Positions 1-9,898 of a DNA stretch of 15,919 nucleotides are shown here, in pieces. Position numbers and translations under genes: made by a program. Position 1 is the stretch's first letter. Every line of letters starts with the position of its first letter. The DNA comes from Myxococcota bacterium (lineage in GTDB: Bacteria > Myxococcota_A > UBA9160 > PR03): NCBI GenBank assembly GCA_041611735.1, contig JBFIML010000063.1:1-15919 (forward strand), given 5' to 3'. The notes under the pieces are model-generated. The model searched no databases. It saw only the letters and a program-made list of their open reading frames with translations, and was not told the origin of the DNA.

Positions 1-46
1 CCCCGAGAGGGCCGACTCCGAGTCCCCCTGGAGAGCCTCTTTCCCT

Positions 47-75
47 TTGACAAACGGGCTCAAGCTGCATAGAGT
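47..75 (+). promoter_or_regulatory. sigma-70-type promoter upstream of the sigma factor gene
   Basis: Perfect -35 TTGACA (47-52), 17-nt spacer, -10 TAGAGT (70-75, TA...T conserved). Stands out against the GC-rich background. Predicted TSS about 82. Confidence 0.8.
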
Positions 76-84
76 GCGCGCCGA

Positions 85-242
85 TCCGGGGTGAGAGGGA
101 GGGTCCCGCCGGCCCCACCCGTAGGGACGGCCCGTCAGGACGACAATCCGCTTTGCTTGCCGCAACGCGTCGCGAAGGGCCCTTGGGCCCGGCGCACGAG
201 GACGCAAGCGGCAGGCACCCGGAGCCGGCGCCCGCGCGCCGG
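85..242 (+). ncRNA. candidate structured 5' leader / cis-regulatory RNA (family not recognised)
   Basis: Pairings read by eye: 154-163/208-217, 167-171/201-205, 172-174/193-195, 177-181/186-190 (CUUG loop), 103-107/124-128, closing stem 85-93/216-223, hairpin 225-231/236-242. Confidence 0.35.
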
Positions 243-275
243 GAACCAGGGCCCAGGGCACAGGGAGTACGAGGC

Positions 276-1826
276 ATGGCCAATCAGCAACGCGACGGGC
301 GACGAGGGCTCGGTGGCAGCATGCGGCGCAGGGACGTGGCGCGCCCCGCTGCCCGACGCTCCGAGCTCGGCGCCGAGACCGACGGAGCCGCGCTCTCCCG
401 CCCGGAGAAGATCGCCACCCCCGCCGCCCGCAGCAGCGAGGAGGCGCCGCGCGACCGCAGCGCCCTGGTCTCCTACTTCCGCGACATCGCCTCGATCCCG
501 ACCCTCACCAAGGAGCACGAGGTCATCCTCGCCAAGGAGATCGAGGCCTCCACGATCGCCTTCCGCGAGGGGATGCTGTCGATCCTGCTCACGGCGCGCG
601 AGGTGCTGCGCATCTGGCACGGCCTCAAGCGCGACGAGCGCGTCACCGGCAAGATGTCCGAGTCCTTCGGCAGCGGCTCGCCCGACGGCGCGGACCTGAC
701 CGCCGTGGTGGACGTCGCGCTCGCCAAGGTGGAGAAGCTGCTCCGGGAGCGCGAGAAGCTCGGGCGTCGCGCCGACGCGGCGGCACGCGAGCGGGTCGAG
801 CGGCGCATCGCCCGCGGCCTGAAGGACGCGGATCTCTCCATGCAGATCCTCGGGCGCATCCGGCGCCGGATGCTGGAGGCATCCCGGCACCTCGAGCGCG
901 CCCGGGCGCAGACGGAGGCGCTCGGCACGTCGCGCCGCACGCCCCGCAGCGAAGCCGGCCGCACCCGCCGCGCCGACGAGCTGCGCGCCGCCCGGCGGCG
1001 CGTGGCGGAGCTCGAGGCGGAGATCGGCCTGGACGGGGAGCGCTTCTGCGCCCGGCTGCGCCAGATCGAGGATGCCTGGGCGCAGCTCAGCGAGGTGAAG
1101 AACGTCTTCGTCCAGCACAACCTGAAGCTCGTGGTGGCCATCGCCAAGGACTTCCGCAACATGGGCATCTCCTTTCCGGACCTGATCCAGGAGGGGAACC
1201 TCGGTTTGATCCGGGCGGTGGAGAAGTTCGACTACCACCGCGGCCACAAGTTCTCGACCTACGCGGTCTGGTGGATCCGGCAGGCCTTCATCCGGGCGAT
1301 CCAGAACCACTCGCGCACGATCCGCATTCCGAGCCACGTGCACGACACGCTGCTCAAGTACCATCGCGCCTACGCGGAGCTGGAGACGCGGCTCGGCCGC
1401 GAGCCGACCGCGGCAGAGCTGGCGCCGTCCCTGCGCATGACCTCGGGCCAGGTGGAGCAGCTCCAGGAGATGACCCGGGAGCCGGTGAGCCTCGAGGCCG
1501 ACGTGCGCGGCACGGACTCGAAGCAGGTGAAGGACTACGTGCGGGATCCGACCGCGGCCTCGCCGCTGGCCGGCCTGGACCACGACCGCCTGGAGCGCAC
1601 GACCCGCGAGTCGATCGCGGTGCTCTCCGACCGGGAGCAGAACATCCTGCGCTGGCGCTTCGGCATGGCGGGCGAGCCCGAGCACACGCTCGAGGAGATC
1701 GGCAGCAAGCTCGGCCTCTCCCGCGAGCGGGTGCGCCAGCTCGAGGCCCGCGCCCTGGCCAAGCTGCGCGCCTCCCACGGCGGGCGGCTGCGCGCCTTCG
1801 TGCGCGAGCCCGAGGCCCGCCTCTAG
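276..1826 (+). CDS. RNA polymerase sigma-70 factor, RpoD/SigA-like (probably group 2, non-primary), about 516 aa
   Basis: Region 1.2 ([25 protein letters not shown]), region 2 ([10 protein letters not shown]...[35 protein letters not shown]), region 3 ([11 protein letters not shown]), region 4 HTH ([28 protein letters not shown]). ATG 276 chosen over TTG 153 because GGGAG lies at 263-267. Confidence 0.92.
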   Translation: MANQQRDGRRGLGGSMRRRDVARPAARRSELGAETDGAALSRPEKIATPAARSSEEAPRDRSALVSYFRDIASIPTLTKEHEVILAKEIEASTIAFREGMLSILLTAREVLRIWHGLKRDERVTGKMSESFGSGSPDGADLTAVVDVALAKVEKLLREREKLGRRADAAARERVERRIARGLKDADLSMQILGRIRRRMLEASRHLERARAQTEALGTSRRTPRSEAGRTRRADELRAARRRVAELEAEIGLDGERFCARLRQIEDAWAQLSEVKNVFVQHNLKLVVAIAKDFRNMGISFPDLIQEGNLGLIRAVEKFDYHRGHKFSTYAVWWIRQAFIRAIQNHSRTIRIPSHVHDTLLKYHRAYAELETRLGREPTAAELAPSLRMTSGQVEQLQEMTREPVSLEADVRGTDSKQVKDYVRDPTAASPLAGLDHDRLERTTRESIAVLSDREQNILRWRFGMAGEPEHTLEEIGSKLGLSRERVRQLEARALAKLRASHGGRLRAFVREPEARL

Positions 1827-1847
1827 CGCCGCAGGCTCGCCTCCAGG

Positions 1848-3371
1848 CTACGAGCCCTGGAACGCCGAGAGGTCCACGTGCAGGTCGCCCTCGGCGGCGA
1901 GCCGCTCGCGGCCCACCCGCAGCCACTCGTCGCGGGCGCTGCCCCGGCGGCGCTCCAGCAGCCGATCGCGCTCCACGGCAATCTCCTCGGCGAAGGCCTC
2001 CGCCGCCGGCTCGCGCCGCTCGAGCCGTTGCACCAGCACCAGACGCCCCTCGAGCTCGAAGATCCGCGCCGAGCTGGGCCGTTCGTCGGGTAGCGCGAAG
2101 GCCGAGGCCAGCACCTCCGGCGCCGGGCCGAGGCCGGGCAGGAAGCCGTCCGGCCGCCGCCGCACCCAGTCCGTGCGTTCGATGGACACGCCCTCGGCCC
2201 GGGCGGCCTCCACCAGCGAGCTCCCGGCCCGGATCTTCTCGGCCAGGCGCTCCGCCGTGGCGCGCACCTGCTGCCGGGCCGCCTCCTCGGCCAGCAGGCC
2301 GCGGGCGATCTCGCGGCGCACCTCGTCGAAGCTGCGGTCCTCGGCCGGCTTGCGCTCCTCGACCCGGATCAGGTGCAGCCCGAAGGGCGTGCGCACGGGC
2401 TTCGACAGCTCGCCCGGCAGCAGCCCGAAGGCCGCCTCCTCGAAGGCGGGGGCCATCTGGCCGCGGCGGAAGAAGCCCAGGTCGCCGCCCCGCTCCTGGG
2501 TGCCCGGGTCCTCGCTCACCTGCTGCGCCACCTGGTCGAAGTCCTCGCCGGCCTTGAGGCGCTCGAGGACTTCCGTGGCGCGCCCCTGCACCTCCGCCAG
2601 ACGCTCCGGGGGTGCGTCCTCCTCCACCCGCAGCAGGATGTGGCGGGCCCGCACGCGCTCCGGGCTGTGGTAGAGGTCCGGGTGGTCGTCGTACCAGGCC
2701 CGCGCCCGCTCCGGCTGCTCCGCCAGCAGGCGGTCGACGGCCTGCTCGTCGATGGCCGCGTCCGCCGCCGCCTCCGCGGCTGCCAGCCCCACCCAGGCCA
2801 GGCGGATCTCCTCCAGGCGCTGACGCACGGCGTCGCGGACCTCCGCCTCGGACACCGAGACCCCCGCATCGATGGTCTGGAGCAGCTTGCCGGCCAGCAT
2901 CCGGTCGCGCTCCCAGTCCACGAAGCGGCGTTCGCTGCCGTACTCCGCCTGGGCGAAGGCGCGCAGGGCGTCCGCCCGCAGCCGCCCGTCCGCGTCCAGG
3001 GCGCCCGGCGTGTTGCGCAGCTCGCGGCGGATCTCGGCGTCGGTGACGCGCAGGCCCAGGCGCTCGGCCTCGTGGGCCAACACCCCCACCTGGAGCAGGG
3101 TTCCGGCGGCCGCGGCGTCGAGCTGCTCCGCCAGGCGGCTCGCGTCGAAGGCGTCGCCCAGGGCCTCCCGGTACTGGCGCTCCTGGTTCTCGCGCACCCG
3201 CTGGAGATCCCGGGGCCCGTAGCGGCGCCCGGCCACCGCCACCACCGTGAAGTCGCCGCCGGGAGCGCCCGGCGGCCCCCCCAGGCCCAGATAGAGCACG
3301 AAGACGCCGCCCACCAGCAGGATGACGGCGGCCATCAGCCAGCGCTGGCTCTGGCGCAGGATGCGAAGCAT
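1848..3371 (-). CDS. ppiD: SurA N-terminal domain / PpiD-like membrane-anchored parvulin peptidyl-prolyl isomerase, about 507 aa
   Basis: N-terminal basic plus hydrophobic anchor (MLRILRQSQRWLMAAVILLVGGVFVLYLG), SurA_N-like AERLGLRVTDAEIRREL, parvulin motifs VRARHILL, SEDPGTQERGGDLGFF, FEEAAFGL, PVRTPFGLHLIRV. ATG at 3371 fits a PpiD-type N-terminus. The symbol is a family-level call. Confidence 0.85.
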   Translation of the reverse strand: MLRILRQSQRWLMAAVILLVGGVFVLYLGLGGPPGAPGGDFTVVAVAGRRYGPRDLQRVRENQERQYREALGDAFDASRLAEQLDAAAAGTLLQVGVLAHEAERLGLRVTDAEIRRELRNTPGALDADGRLRADALRAFAQAEYGSERRFVDWERDRMLAGKLLQTIDAGVSVSEAEVRDAVRQRLEEIRLAWVGLAAAEAAADAAIDEQAVDRLLAEQPERARAWYDDHPDLYHSPERVRARHILLRVEEDAPPERLAEVQGRATEVLERLKAGEDFDQVAQQVSEDPGTQERGGDLGFFRRGQMAPAFEEAAFGLLPGELSKPVRTPFGLHLIRVEERKPAEDRSFDEVRREIARGLLAEEAARQQVRATAERLAEKIRAGSSLVEAARAEGVSIERTDWVRRRPDGFLPGLGPAPEVLASAFALPDERPSSARIFELEGRLVLVQRLERREPAAEAFAEEIAVERDRLLERRRGSARDEWLRVGRERLAAEGDLHVDLSAFQGS

Positions 3372-3450
3372 GCGGAAGCCCCCGAAGCGCGCCGCCGTCT
3401 CAGGAAACCGGGCCCTCGGACCGACACGAGAGACGGATGGCGTGGCCCCG

Positions 3451-3479
3451 AGGCTACGGTCGGGCTCCGGGAGGGGCAA
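3451..3479 (-). promoter_or_regulatory. putative sigma-70 promoter for ppiD
   Basis: Minus strand TTGCCC (3479-3474), N17, TAGCCT (3456-3451). Confidence 0.5.
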
Positions 3480-3497
3480 GCCACCCGAGGGGGCGCC

Positions 3498-3527
3498 TTG
3501 CTCCCAGGGGGCGACGGCTGGTACGCT
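3498..3527 (+). promoter_or_regulatory. putative sigma-70 extended -10 promoter for the mre operon
   Basis: TTGCTC (3498-3503), N18, TACGCT (3522-3527), with a TGn extension at 3519-3521. Confidence 0.5.
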
Positions 3528-3577
3528 CTTCTCGAGCCCTCCGCGAGCAAAAAGAGCGCAGCCCGTCCGGCACTTAG

Positions 3578-4663
<1,086 letters not shown>

Positions 4664-4690
4664 CCCCCCGGCGGCGGCGGGACGGAATCG

Positions 4691-5566
4691 ATGCGCGAGC
4701 TCCTGGAGCGGCTGCGCGTGCCGCTCCTTTTCATTCTATTGATCGTGGCGTCGCTGGTGGCGCTGGCCTCGGACCCGCGCCTGATGCGGCGGGGCGAGCA
4801 CGAGGAGGGCTGGTGGTCCGGGGTCCTGCTCGAGATCGCGGCCCCGATCCAGAAGACCTTCTCGCTCCCCGCCGATGCGGTGGGCGACCTGTGGTCCCGC
4901 TACGTGGCCCTGGTGGAGCTGCGCGCCGAGAATGCGCGCCTGCGGGCCCGGCTGGCGCAGGTCCAGGAGCAGAACCTGCAGTTCAGCGAGGCGCTGGTGG
5001 CGGGCGGCCGCCTGCAGCGCATCGCGGAGATGCGCGACGACTTCGACGTGCCCATGCAGCCCGCCGAGGTGGTGGGCGAGAACGTCTCGCCCTGGTTCCG
5101 GTCGGTCCTGCTGGACCGCGGACGCCGCCACCAGGTCCGCTCGGGCATGCCCGTGGTGACGGACCAGGGGCTCGTCGGGCTGGTGACCGCCACCGCTCCC
5201 CACGCGGCCCGCTCCACCCTGCTGCTCGACCGCCAGAGCAGCGTGGATGGCATCATGCAGCGCAGCCGGGCGCGCGGCATCGTGCACGGGCGCGGCAGCG
5301 CCGAGCTCGAGTTCGTGTTCCTCGTGCGCGGCGACGACGTGCAGGTGGGCGACGTGGTGATCACCTCCGGCATGGGAGGCGTCTACCCGAAGGGTCTGCG
5401 CATCGGCGAGGTGGTGACCGTCTCCGCCGACCCGGATCGGCTGGTGCACACGGCCAGCTTGCGGCCGGCCGTGGACTTCGGTCGCCTGGAGCAGGTCTTC
5501 GTCATGCTGCGCCGCGGCCCGACCCTCGATCTGCTGCACCGGGGCGATGGGGACGGCCCCTCGTGA
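4691..5566 (+). CDS. mreC: rod shape-determining protein MreC, 291 aa
   Basis: N-terminal TM, coiled coil (LRAENARLRARLA), GMPVVTDQGLVG, GDVVITSGMGGVYPKGLRIGEV, PAVDFGRLEQVFV. Directly follows mreB. Confidence 0.96.
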   Translation: MRELLERLRVPLLFILLIVASLVALASDPRLMRRGEHEEGWWSGVLLEIAAPIQKTFSLPADAVGDLWSRYVALVELRAENARLRARLAQVQEQNLQFSEALVAGGRLQRIAEMRDDFDVPMQPAEVVGENVSPWFRSVLLDRGRRHQVRSGMPVVTDQGLVGLVTATAPHAARSTLLLDRQSSVDGIMQRSRARGIVHGRGSAELEFVFLVRGDDVQVGDVVITSGMGGVYPKGLRIGEVVTVSADPDRLVHTASLRPAVDFGRLEQVFVMLRRGPTLDLLHRGDGDGPS

Positions 5567-6099
5567 AGTCGCTGGCGTTCGTGTGCGCGCTCGGGGCGCT
5601 GCTGCTCTTCGCGGGGGGCGCCCTGGCGGGTTCCGCGCCGCGGGGCGCTTGGCCGGACCTCGGGCTGCTCGTGGTGGTGGCGGCGGCCCTGCACCTGCCG
5701 GCCACGACCGGCTGCCTGGCCGGCTGGAGCCTCGGCGTCATGACGGACCTGCTCTCGGGGGCGCCCCTGGGCCATTTCGCGCTGCTGCGCCTGTTGGCCT
5801 GGGCGGCCACGCGCGTGGCTGATCGCCAGCTCGACCTGCGGCGGCCGCTGGTGCTGGTCATCTTCGTGCTGGCCCTCACGGCGGCGGATGCCTTCGCCCT
5901 GGCCACCCTGGCCCGGGCCGCGGGCCTCCCGCCCGCCTTCGGGCCGGAGCTGCTCGGGCGCCTGGCGCCCCACGCGCTCGCCACCGCCGGGGTGGCCCCG
6001 CTGGTGGCGTGGCTCGTGGGGCGCGGCGTGGCCCACCTCGAGGACCGCCGGCCCGCACGGGCTGCGCTGCGGCTCTCGGCCGGATCCCCGCTGCCGTGA
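5563..6099 (+). CDS. mreD: rod shape-determining protein MreD, about 178 aa
   Basis: Hydrophobic, with PDLGLLVVV and GVMTDLLSGAPLG motifs. GTGA overlap with the mreC stop. Lies between mreC and mrdA. Confidence 0.88.
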   Translation: MKSLAFVCALGALLLFAGGALAGSAPRGAWPDLGLLVVVAAALHLPATTGCLAGWSLGVMTDLLSGAPLGHFALLRLLAWAATRVADRQLDLRRPLVLVIFVLALTAADAFALATLARAAGLPPAFGPELLGRLAPHALATAGVAPLVAWLVGRGVAHLEDRRPARAALRLSAGSPLP

Positions 6100-8024
6100 G
6101 CAGCGCGCTGGGTCGCGGCGTCGACCCCTTCTTCGAGCAGCGGCTGCGCGTGGTCGCCGTCTTCGTGGCGCTGGTCTTCGCGGTGTTCATGCTGCGTCTG
6201 TTCCAGCTCCAGGTGCTGCAGCGCGGCGATCTCCAGCAGCGCTCGCTGCGCAACTCGATTCGCAGCGTGCGCCTGGCGGCGCCACGCGGCGAGATCTTCG
6301 ATCGCGAGGGGCGCGTGCTGGCGACCACCCGCGCCGCCTTCGACCTGAAGGTGATCCCGAGCGAGCTCCACCGCCCGGCGCACGCCTTCGCCGTGCTGGC
6401 CCAGCTGGTGGAGGGGGACGTCGAGGGGTTGCAGACGACCTACGGCGCGCCCCGCGGCCGCGCGCGCTTCCAGCCCCTCGCCCTGGTGAGCGACCTCTCC
6501 TGGCCCGAGCTCGCTCGCGTGGAGACGCACCGCTACGGCCTGCCGGGCGTGCTGATCGAGCCCCGCCCGCAACGGCACTACCCCGACGGGACGCTGCTGG
6601 CGCACCTCCTGGGCACCGTGGGCGAGATCCAGGCCGCGCAGCTCGACTTGCGCCGCTTCGCCGGCTACCAGGCCGGCGACCTGGTGGGCCAGTCCGGGGT
6701 CGAAGCGCGCCTGGAAGCGCACCTGCGCGGTCGCGCCGGCGGCCGCAACGTGGTGGTGGACGTGGCGGGCCGCGAGGTGGAGCTCCTCGACGAGCTGGAG
6801 CCACGGCCCGGCGGCCGGGTCGTCCTCACCCTCGACCTCGACCTGCAACGGGCCGCCCAGCAGGGCTTCGCGGCGCTGGCGCCGGAAGGCGAGCTGGTGG
6901 GCGGTGCGGCGGTGGCCCTCGACGCGCGCACGGGCGAGCTGCTCGTGCTGTTCTCGACGCCCTCCTTCGACCCCAACGCCTTCGCGGGCCGGCTCGACCC
7001 CAAGGCCTGGAGCGCCCTCACGGACGACCCGGAACGGCCGCTGCAGAACCGGGCGCTGGCGGGCCAGTACCCGCCGGGCTCCACCTGGAAGACCTTCGTG
7101 GCGGCGGCGGCGCTGACCGCGGGCGTGGTGAATCCCGCGGTGCCCGTCTTCTGCCCCGGCCACTTCACCCTGGGACGCCGCACGTACCGCTGCTGGAAGC
7201 GCGAGGGCCACGGCTGGGTCGCCCTGCACCAGGCGCTGGTGCGGTCCTGCGACGTCTACTTCTATCAGACCGGGCTCAAGGTCGGCATCGATCGGCTGGC
7301 GGAGATGGCGCGCGCCTTCGGCTTCGGGCGCGAGACGGGCATCGCGCTCTCCGGCGAGCAGCCGGGTCTCGTGCCCACCAGCACCTGGAAGGAGCGCCGC
7401 TTCAGCGAGCCCTGGATGCTCGGCGAGACGGTCTCGGCCTCGATCGGGCAGGGTTTCAACCTGGTGACGCCGCTGCAGCTGGCGGTGGCCCACGCGGCCC
7501 TGGCCAACGGCGGCCGCGTGCTGCGACCGCGCGTGGTGGCGCGGCTCGAGGCGCGGGACGGAACCGTGGTCGCCGAGCCGGTGCAGGTGGTCGGGCGCGT
7601 GCCCGTGGATCCCACCCACCTGGCGCGCCTGGGGCGCGCCCTGACGGGCGTCGTGCAGGAGGCCGGCGGCACCGGCGGCCGGGCTCGCGTCCCCGGGGTG
7701 GTGGTGGCCGGCAAGACCGGCACCTCCCAGGTGGTGCGCCTCGAGCACACCGAGGGCATGGACGAGAAGGAGATCCCGCGCCGCTACCGCGACCACGCCT
7801 GGTTCGCCGCCTTCGCCCCGGCGGAGGAGCCCGAGATCGCCGTGGCGGTGCTCGTCGAGCACGGCGGGCACGGCGGCAGCGCCGCCGCTCCCATCGCCCA
7901 GCGCATCCTGGCCCGCTACTTCGAAAAGCAACGCGGCGCCCCCGAGCCCGCCTTCGAGCCACCGCCCGCGGCGCCGCGCCGCGCGGCCCGGGCCGAGCCG
8001 GAGGGCGCCGATGCCGGGCGTTGA
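6096..8024 (+). CDS. mrdA: penicillin-binding protein 2 (class B transpeptidase), about 642 aa
   Basis: TM anchor, APRGEIFDREG, R.YP.G, active-site SxxK (PPGSTWK), SxD (SCDVYFY), KTG (AGKTGTSQV), DHAWFAAFAP. GTGA overlap with mreD. Confidence 0.97.
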   Translation: MSSALGRGVDPFFEQRLRVVAVFVALVFAVFMLRLFQLQVLQRGDLQQRSLRNSIRSVRLAAPRGEIFDREGRVLATTRAAFDLKVIPSELHRPAHAFAVLAQLVEGDVEGLQTTYGAPRGRARFQPLALVSDLSWPELARVETHRYGLPGVLIEPRPQRHYPDGTLLAHLLGTVGEIQAAQLDLRRFAGYQAGDLVGQSGVEARLEAHLRGRAGGRNVVVDVAGREVELLDELEPRPGGRVVLTLDLDLQRAAQQGFAALAPEGELVGGAAVALDARTGELLVLFSTPSFDPNAFAGRLDPKAWSALTDDPERPLQNRALAGQYPPGSTWKTFVAAAALTAGVVNPAVPVFCPGHFTLGRRTYRCWKREGHGWVALHQALVRSCDVYFYQTGLKVGIDRLAEMARAFGFGRETGIALSGEQPGLVPTSTWKERRFSEPWMLGETVSASIGQGFNLVTPLQLAVAHAALANGGRVLRPRVVARLEARDGTVVAEPVQVVGRVPVDPTHLARLGRALTGVVQEAGGTGGRARVPGVVVAGKTGTSQVVRLEHTEGMDEKEIPRRYRDHAWFAAFAPAEEPEIAVAVLVEHGGHGGSAAAPIAQRILARYFEKQRGAPEPAFEPPPAAPRRAARAEPEGADAGR

Positions 8025-9120
8025 CCGGCGGCTGCTGCAGAACTTCGACTGGACCCTGCTCGGGCTCGTGGGCGTGCTGGCCGCCATGGGGATCGTGAAC
8101 CTGATCTCCGCCACCCACGCGGACGCGGACGGTCTGCTGGCGAACATCGTGAGCCGCCAGTTGGCCGCCCTGGGCCTCGGCGTCGGAGCGCTGATCGTGA
8201 CGGTGTCCATCGACTACCGTCATCTCGAGCGCCTGGCGCTGCCGCTCTTCGCGGCGAGCCTGCTGCTGCTGGCTTCCACCCTGGTCTTCGCGCCGGTCAC
8301 CCGCGGCAGCCAGAGCTGGCTCGTGTTCGGCTCGCTGCGGCTGCAGCCGGCGGAGTTCGCCAAGCTCGGCCTGATCCTGGCCCTGGCGCGACACTTCCAT
8401 CGCCATCCGCCCGGCCATCCGCGCCGGCTGCGCGACCTGCTGCGGCCGGGTCTGATCCTGGCCGCTCCGGTGGGGCTGATCGTGCTGCAGCGCGACATGG
8501 GGGTGGCGGCGCTCACGCTCCTGATCGGCGCCTCCTATCTGCCCTTCGTGCGCGTGCGCAGCCGGGTGTGGGTGGGTCTCGGGGTGGTCGCCCTGGCGGG
8601 GCTCGCGGCGCTGTGGTTCTTCGCGCTGGAGCCCTACCAGCGCGGCCGCATCCTCGACTTCGTGGATCCGGGTCGCGATCCCCTGGCCTCGGGCTATCAG
8701 GCCAACCAGTCCCGCATCGCGGTGGGCTCGGGCGGCCTGCTGGGTCGGGGCTACCTGGAGGGCACCCAGACCCAGCTGCGTTTCCTGCCCACCCAGCACA
8801 CGGACTTCGCCTTCTCGGTGCTGGCCGAGGAATGGGGCTTCCTGGGCAGCGGCGTCGTTCTGGGCGTCTATCTCACGCTGCTGCTCTGGGGGCTCTTCGT
8901 GGCGCGCAACTCCAAGGACGCCTTCGGCTCGTTGCTGGCCCTGGGGGTGGTGAGCCTGCTGTTCTGGCCCGCCGTCATCAACGTGGCCATGGTGCTCGGC
9001 CTGGCGCCGGTGATCGGCGTGCCGCTGCCGTTCTTCTCCTATGGCGGCTCGGCCATGCTCGCCTCCCTGATCGCGGTGGGCCTGCTTCTCAACGTGTCCA
9101 TGCGGCGCTACATGTTCTGA
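8011..9120 (+). CDS. rodA: rod shape-determining protein RodA (SEDS glycosyltransferase), 369 aa
   Basis: LQPAEFAK, GYQANQSRIAVGSGG, FLPTQHTDFAFSVLAEEWG, GVPLPFFSYGGS. Overlaps the mrdA end. Confidence 0.97.
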   Translation: MPGVDRRLLQNFDWTLLGLVGVLAAMGIVNLISATHADADGLLANIVSRQLAALGLGVGALIVTVSIDYRHLERLALPLFAASLLLLASTLVFAPVTRGSQSWLVFGSLRLQPAEFAKLGLILALARHFHRHPPGHPRRLRDLLRPGLILAAPVGLIVLQRDMGVAALTLLIGASYLPFVRVRSRVWVGLGVVALAGLAALWFFALEPYQRGRILDFVDPGRDPLASGYQANQSRIAVGSGGLLGRGYLEGTQTQLRFLPTQHTDFAFSVLAEEWGFLGSGVVLGVYLTLLLWGLFVARNSKDAFGSLLALGVVSLLFWPAVINVAMVLGLAPVIGVPLPFFSYGGSAMLASLIAVGLLLNVSMRRYMF

Positions 9121-9139
9121 CCGCGACACGAGGAGCCCC

Positions 9140-9898
9140 ATGTCCCCCCGAAGCCGCAGCCACGCCGCCCCCCGGGTCGGCGCCTTCTTCGACATGGACA
9201 AGACCCTGATCTCCGAGAACTCGGGGACGCTCTACTTCCTGTACCGCTACCGGCGCGGCGAGGTGAGTGGCTGGGATCTGGCGAAGGGGCTCGGCGCCTA
9301 TCTGCGTTACAAGGCCGGCATGCTGGACATCCAGGCCTGGACCCAGGAGCAGATGCTGCAGTTCCGCGGGCAGAGCGAGCGGGCGCTGGCGCGGGAGGCG
9401 CGGCGCTGGTTCGACGAGATGGTGCTCCACACGGTCTATCCGGAGGCGCGCGAGCTGGTGCGCCACCATCAGGAGCAGGGCCACGTGGTGATGATCGTGT
9501 CGGGAGCCACCAAGTTCGTGGTCCGGCCCCTGGCCGAGCAGCTCGGCATCAAGAACTACCTGTACACCCGGCTCGAGGTCGAGCACGGTCGCTTCACGGG
9601 CCGGGTCGTCGAGCCGATCTGCTTCCAGGAGGGCAAGATCTACTGGCTGCAGCAGTTCATCGACGAGAAGGGGATCGACCTGGCCAAGAGCTGGTTCTAC
9701 ACCGACTCGATCACGGACCTGCCGTTGCTGGACCTGGTGGGGCATCCCGTGGTGGTGAATCCCGATCCGCTGCTCTACTGGAAGGCGGTGCAGCGGCGCT
9801 GGCCGGTGCGCTTCTTCACGCCGCCGGACTCGGGGCGCGCGCGGCTCGAACCCCGGGCCGGGGACGCGTCCGCAGTGGCGGTCTCCTCAGGCGAGTAG
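9140..9898 (+). CDS. HAD-superfamily hydrolase, subfamily IB (PSPase-like), 252 aa
   Basis: Motif I FFDMDKT, motif II IVSGA, motif III Lys (EGK), motif IV YTDSITDLPLL, then GHPVVVNPD. RBS GAGGAG before the ATG. Confidence 0.9.
   Translation: MSPRSRSHAAPRVGAFFDMDKTLISENSGTLYFLYRYRRGEVSGWDLAKGLGAYLRYKAGMLDIQAWTQEQMLQFRGQSERALAREARRWFDEMVLHTVYPEARELVRHHQEQGHVVMIVSGATKFVVRPLAEQLGIKNYLYTRLEVEHGRFTGRVVEPICFQEGKIYWLQQFIDEKGIDLAKSWFYTDSITDLPLLDLVGHPVVVNPDPLLYWKAVQRRWPVRFFTPPDSGRARLEPRAGDASAVAVSSGE

Noticed and set aside
14..24. Palindrome GACTC-C-GAGTC upstream of the sigma promoter
   Set aside because: Only 5-bp arms and at the window edge; cannot be told from chance.
88..140. Fragments GGGGTGA...GTAGGG...CCCGTCAG resembling the c-di-AMP (ydaO) riboswitch, and TCAGG resembling SRP RNA
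   Set aside because: The other conserved elements (GCTGAATCC, GGGGAACC and CTAAC for ydaO; GGAAG..AGCAGC for SRP) are absent. Kept only as an unassigned structured leader.
225..242. 7-bp GC hairpin as an intrinsic terminator
   Set aside because: No U-tract follows. Treated only as part of the leader structure.
7245..7253. SxD instead of SxN in PBP2
   Set aside because: Normal for the PBP2/MrdA subclass.
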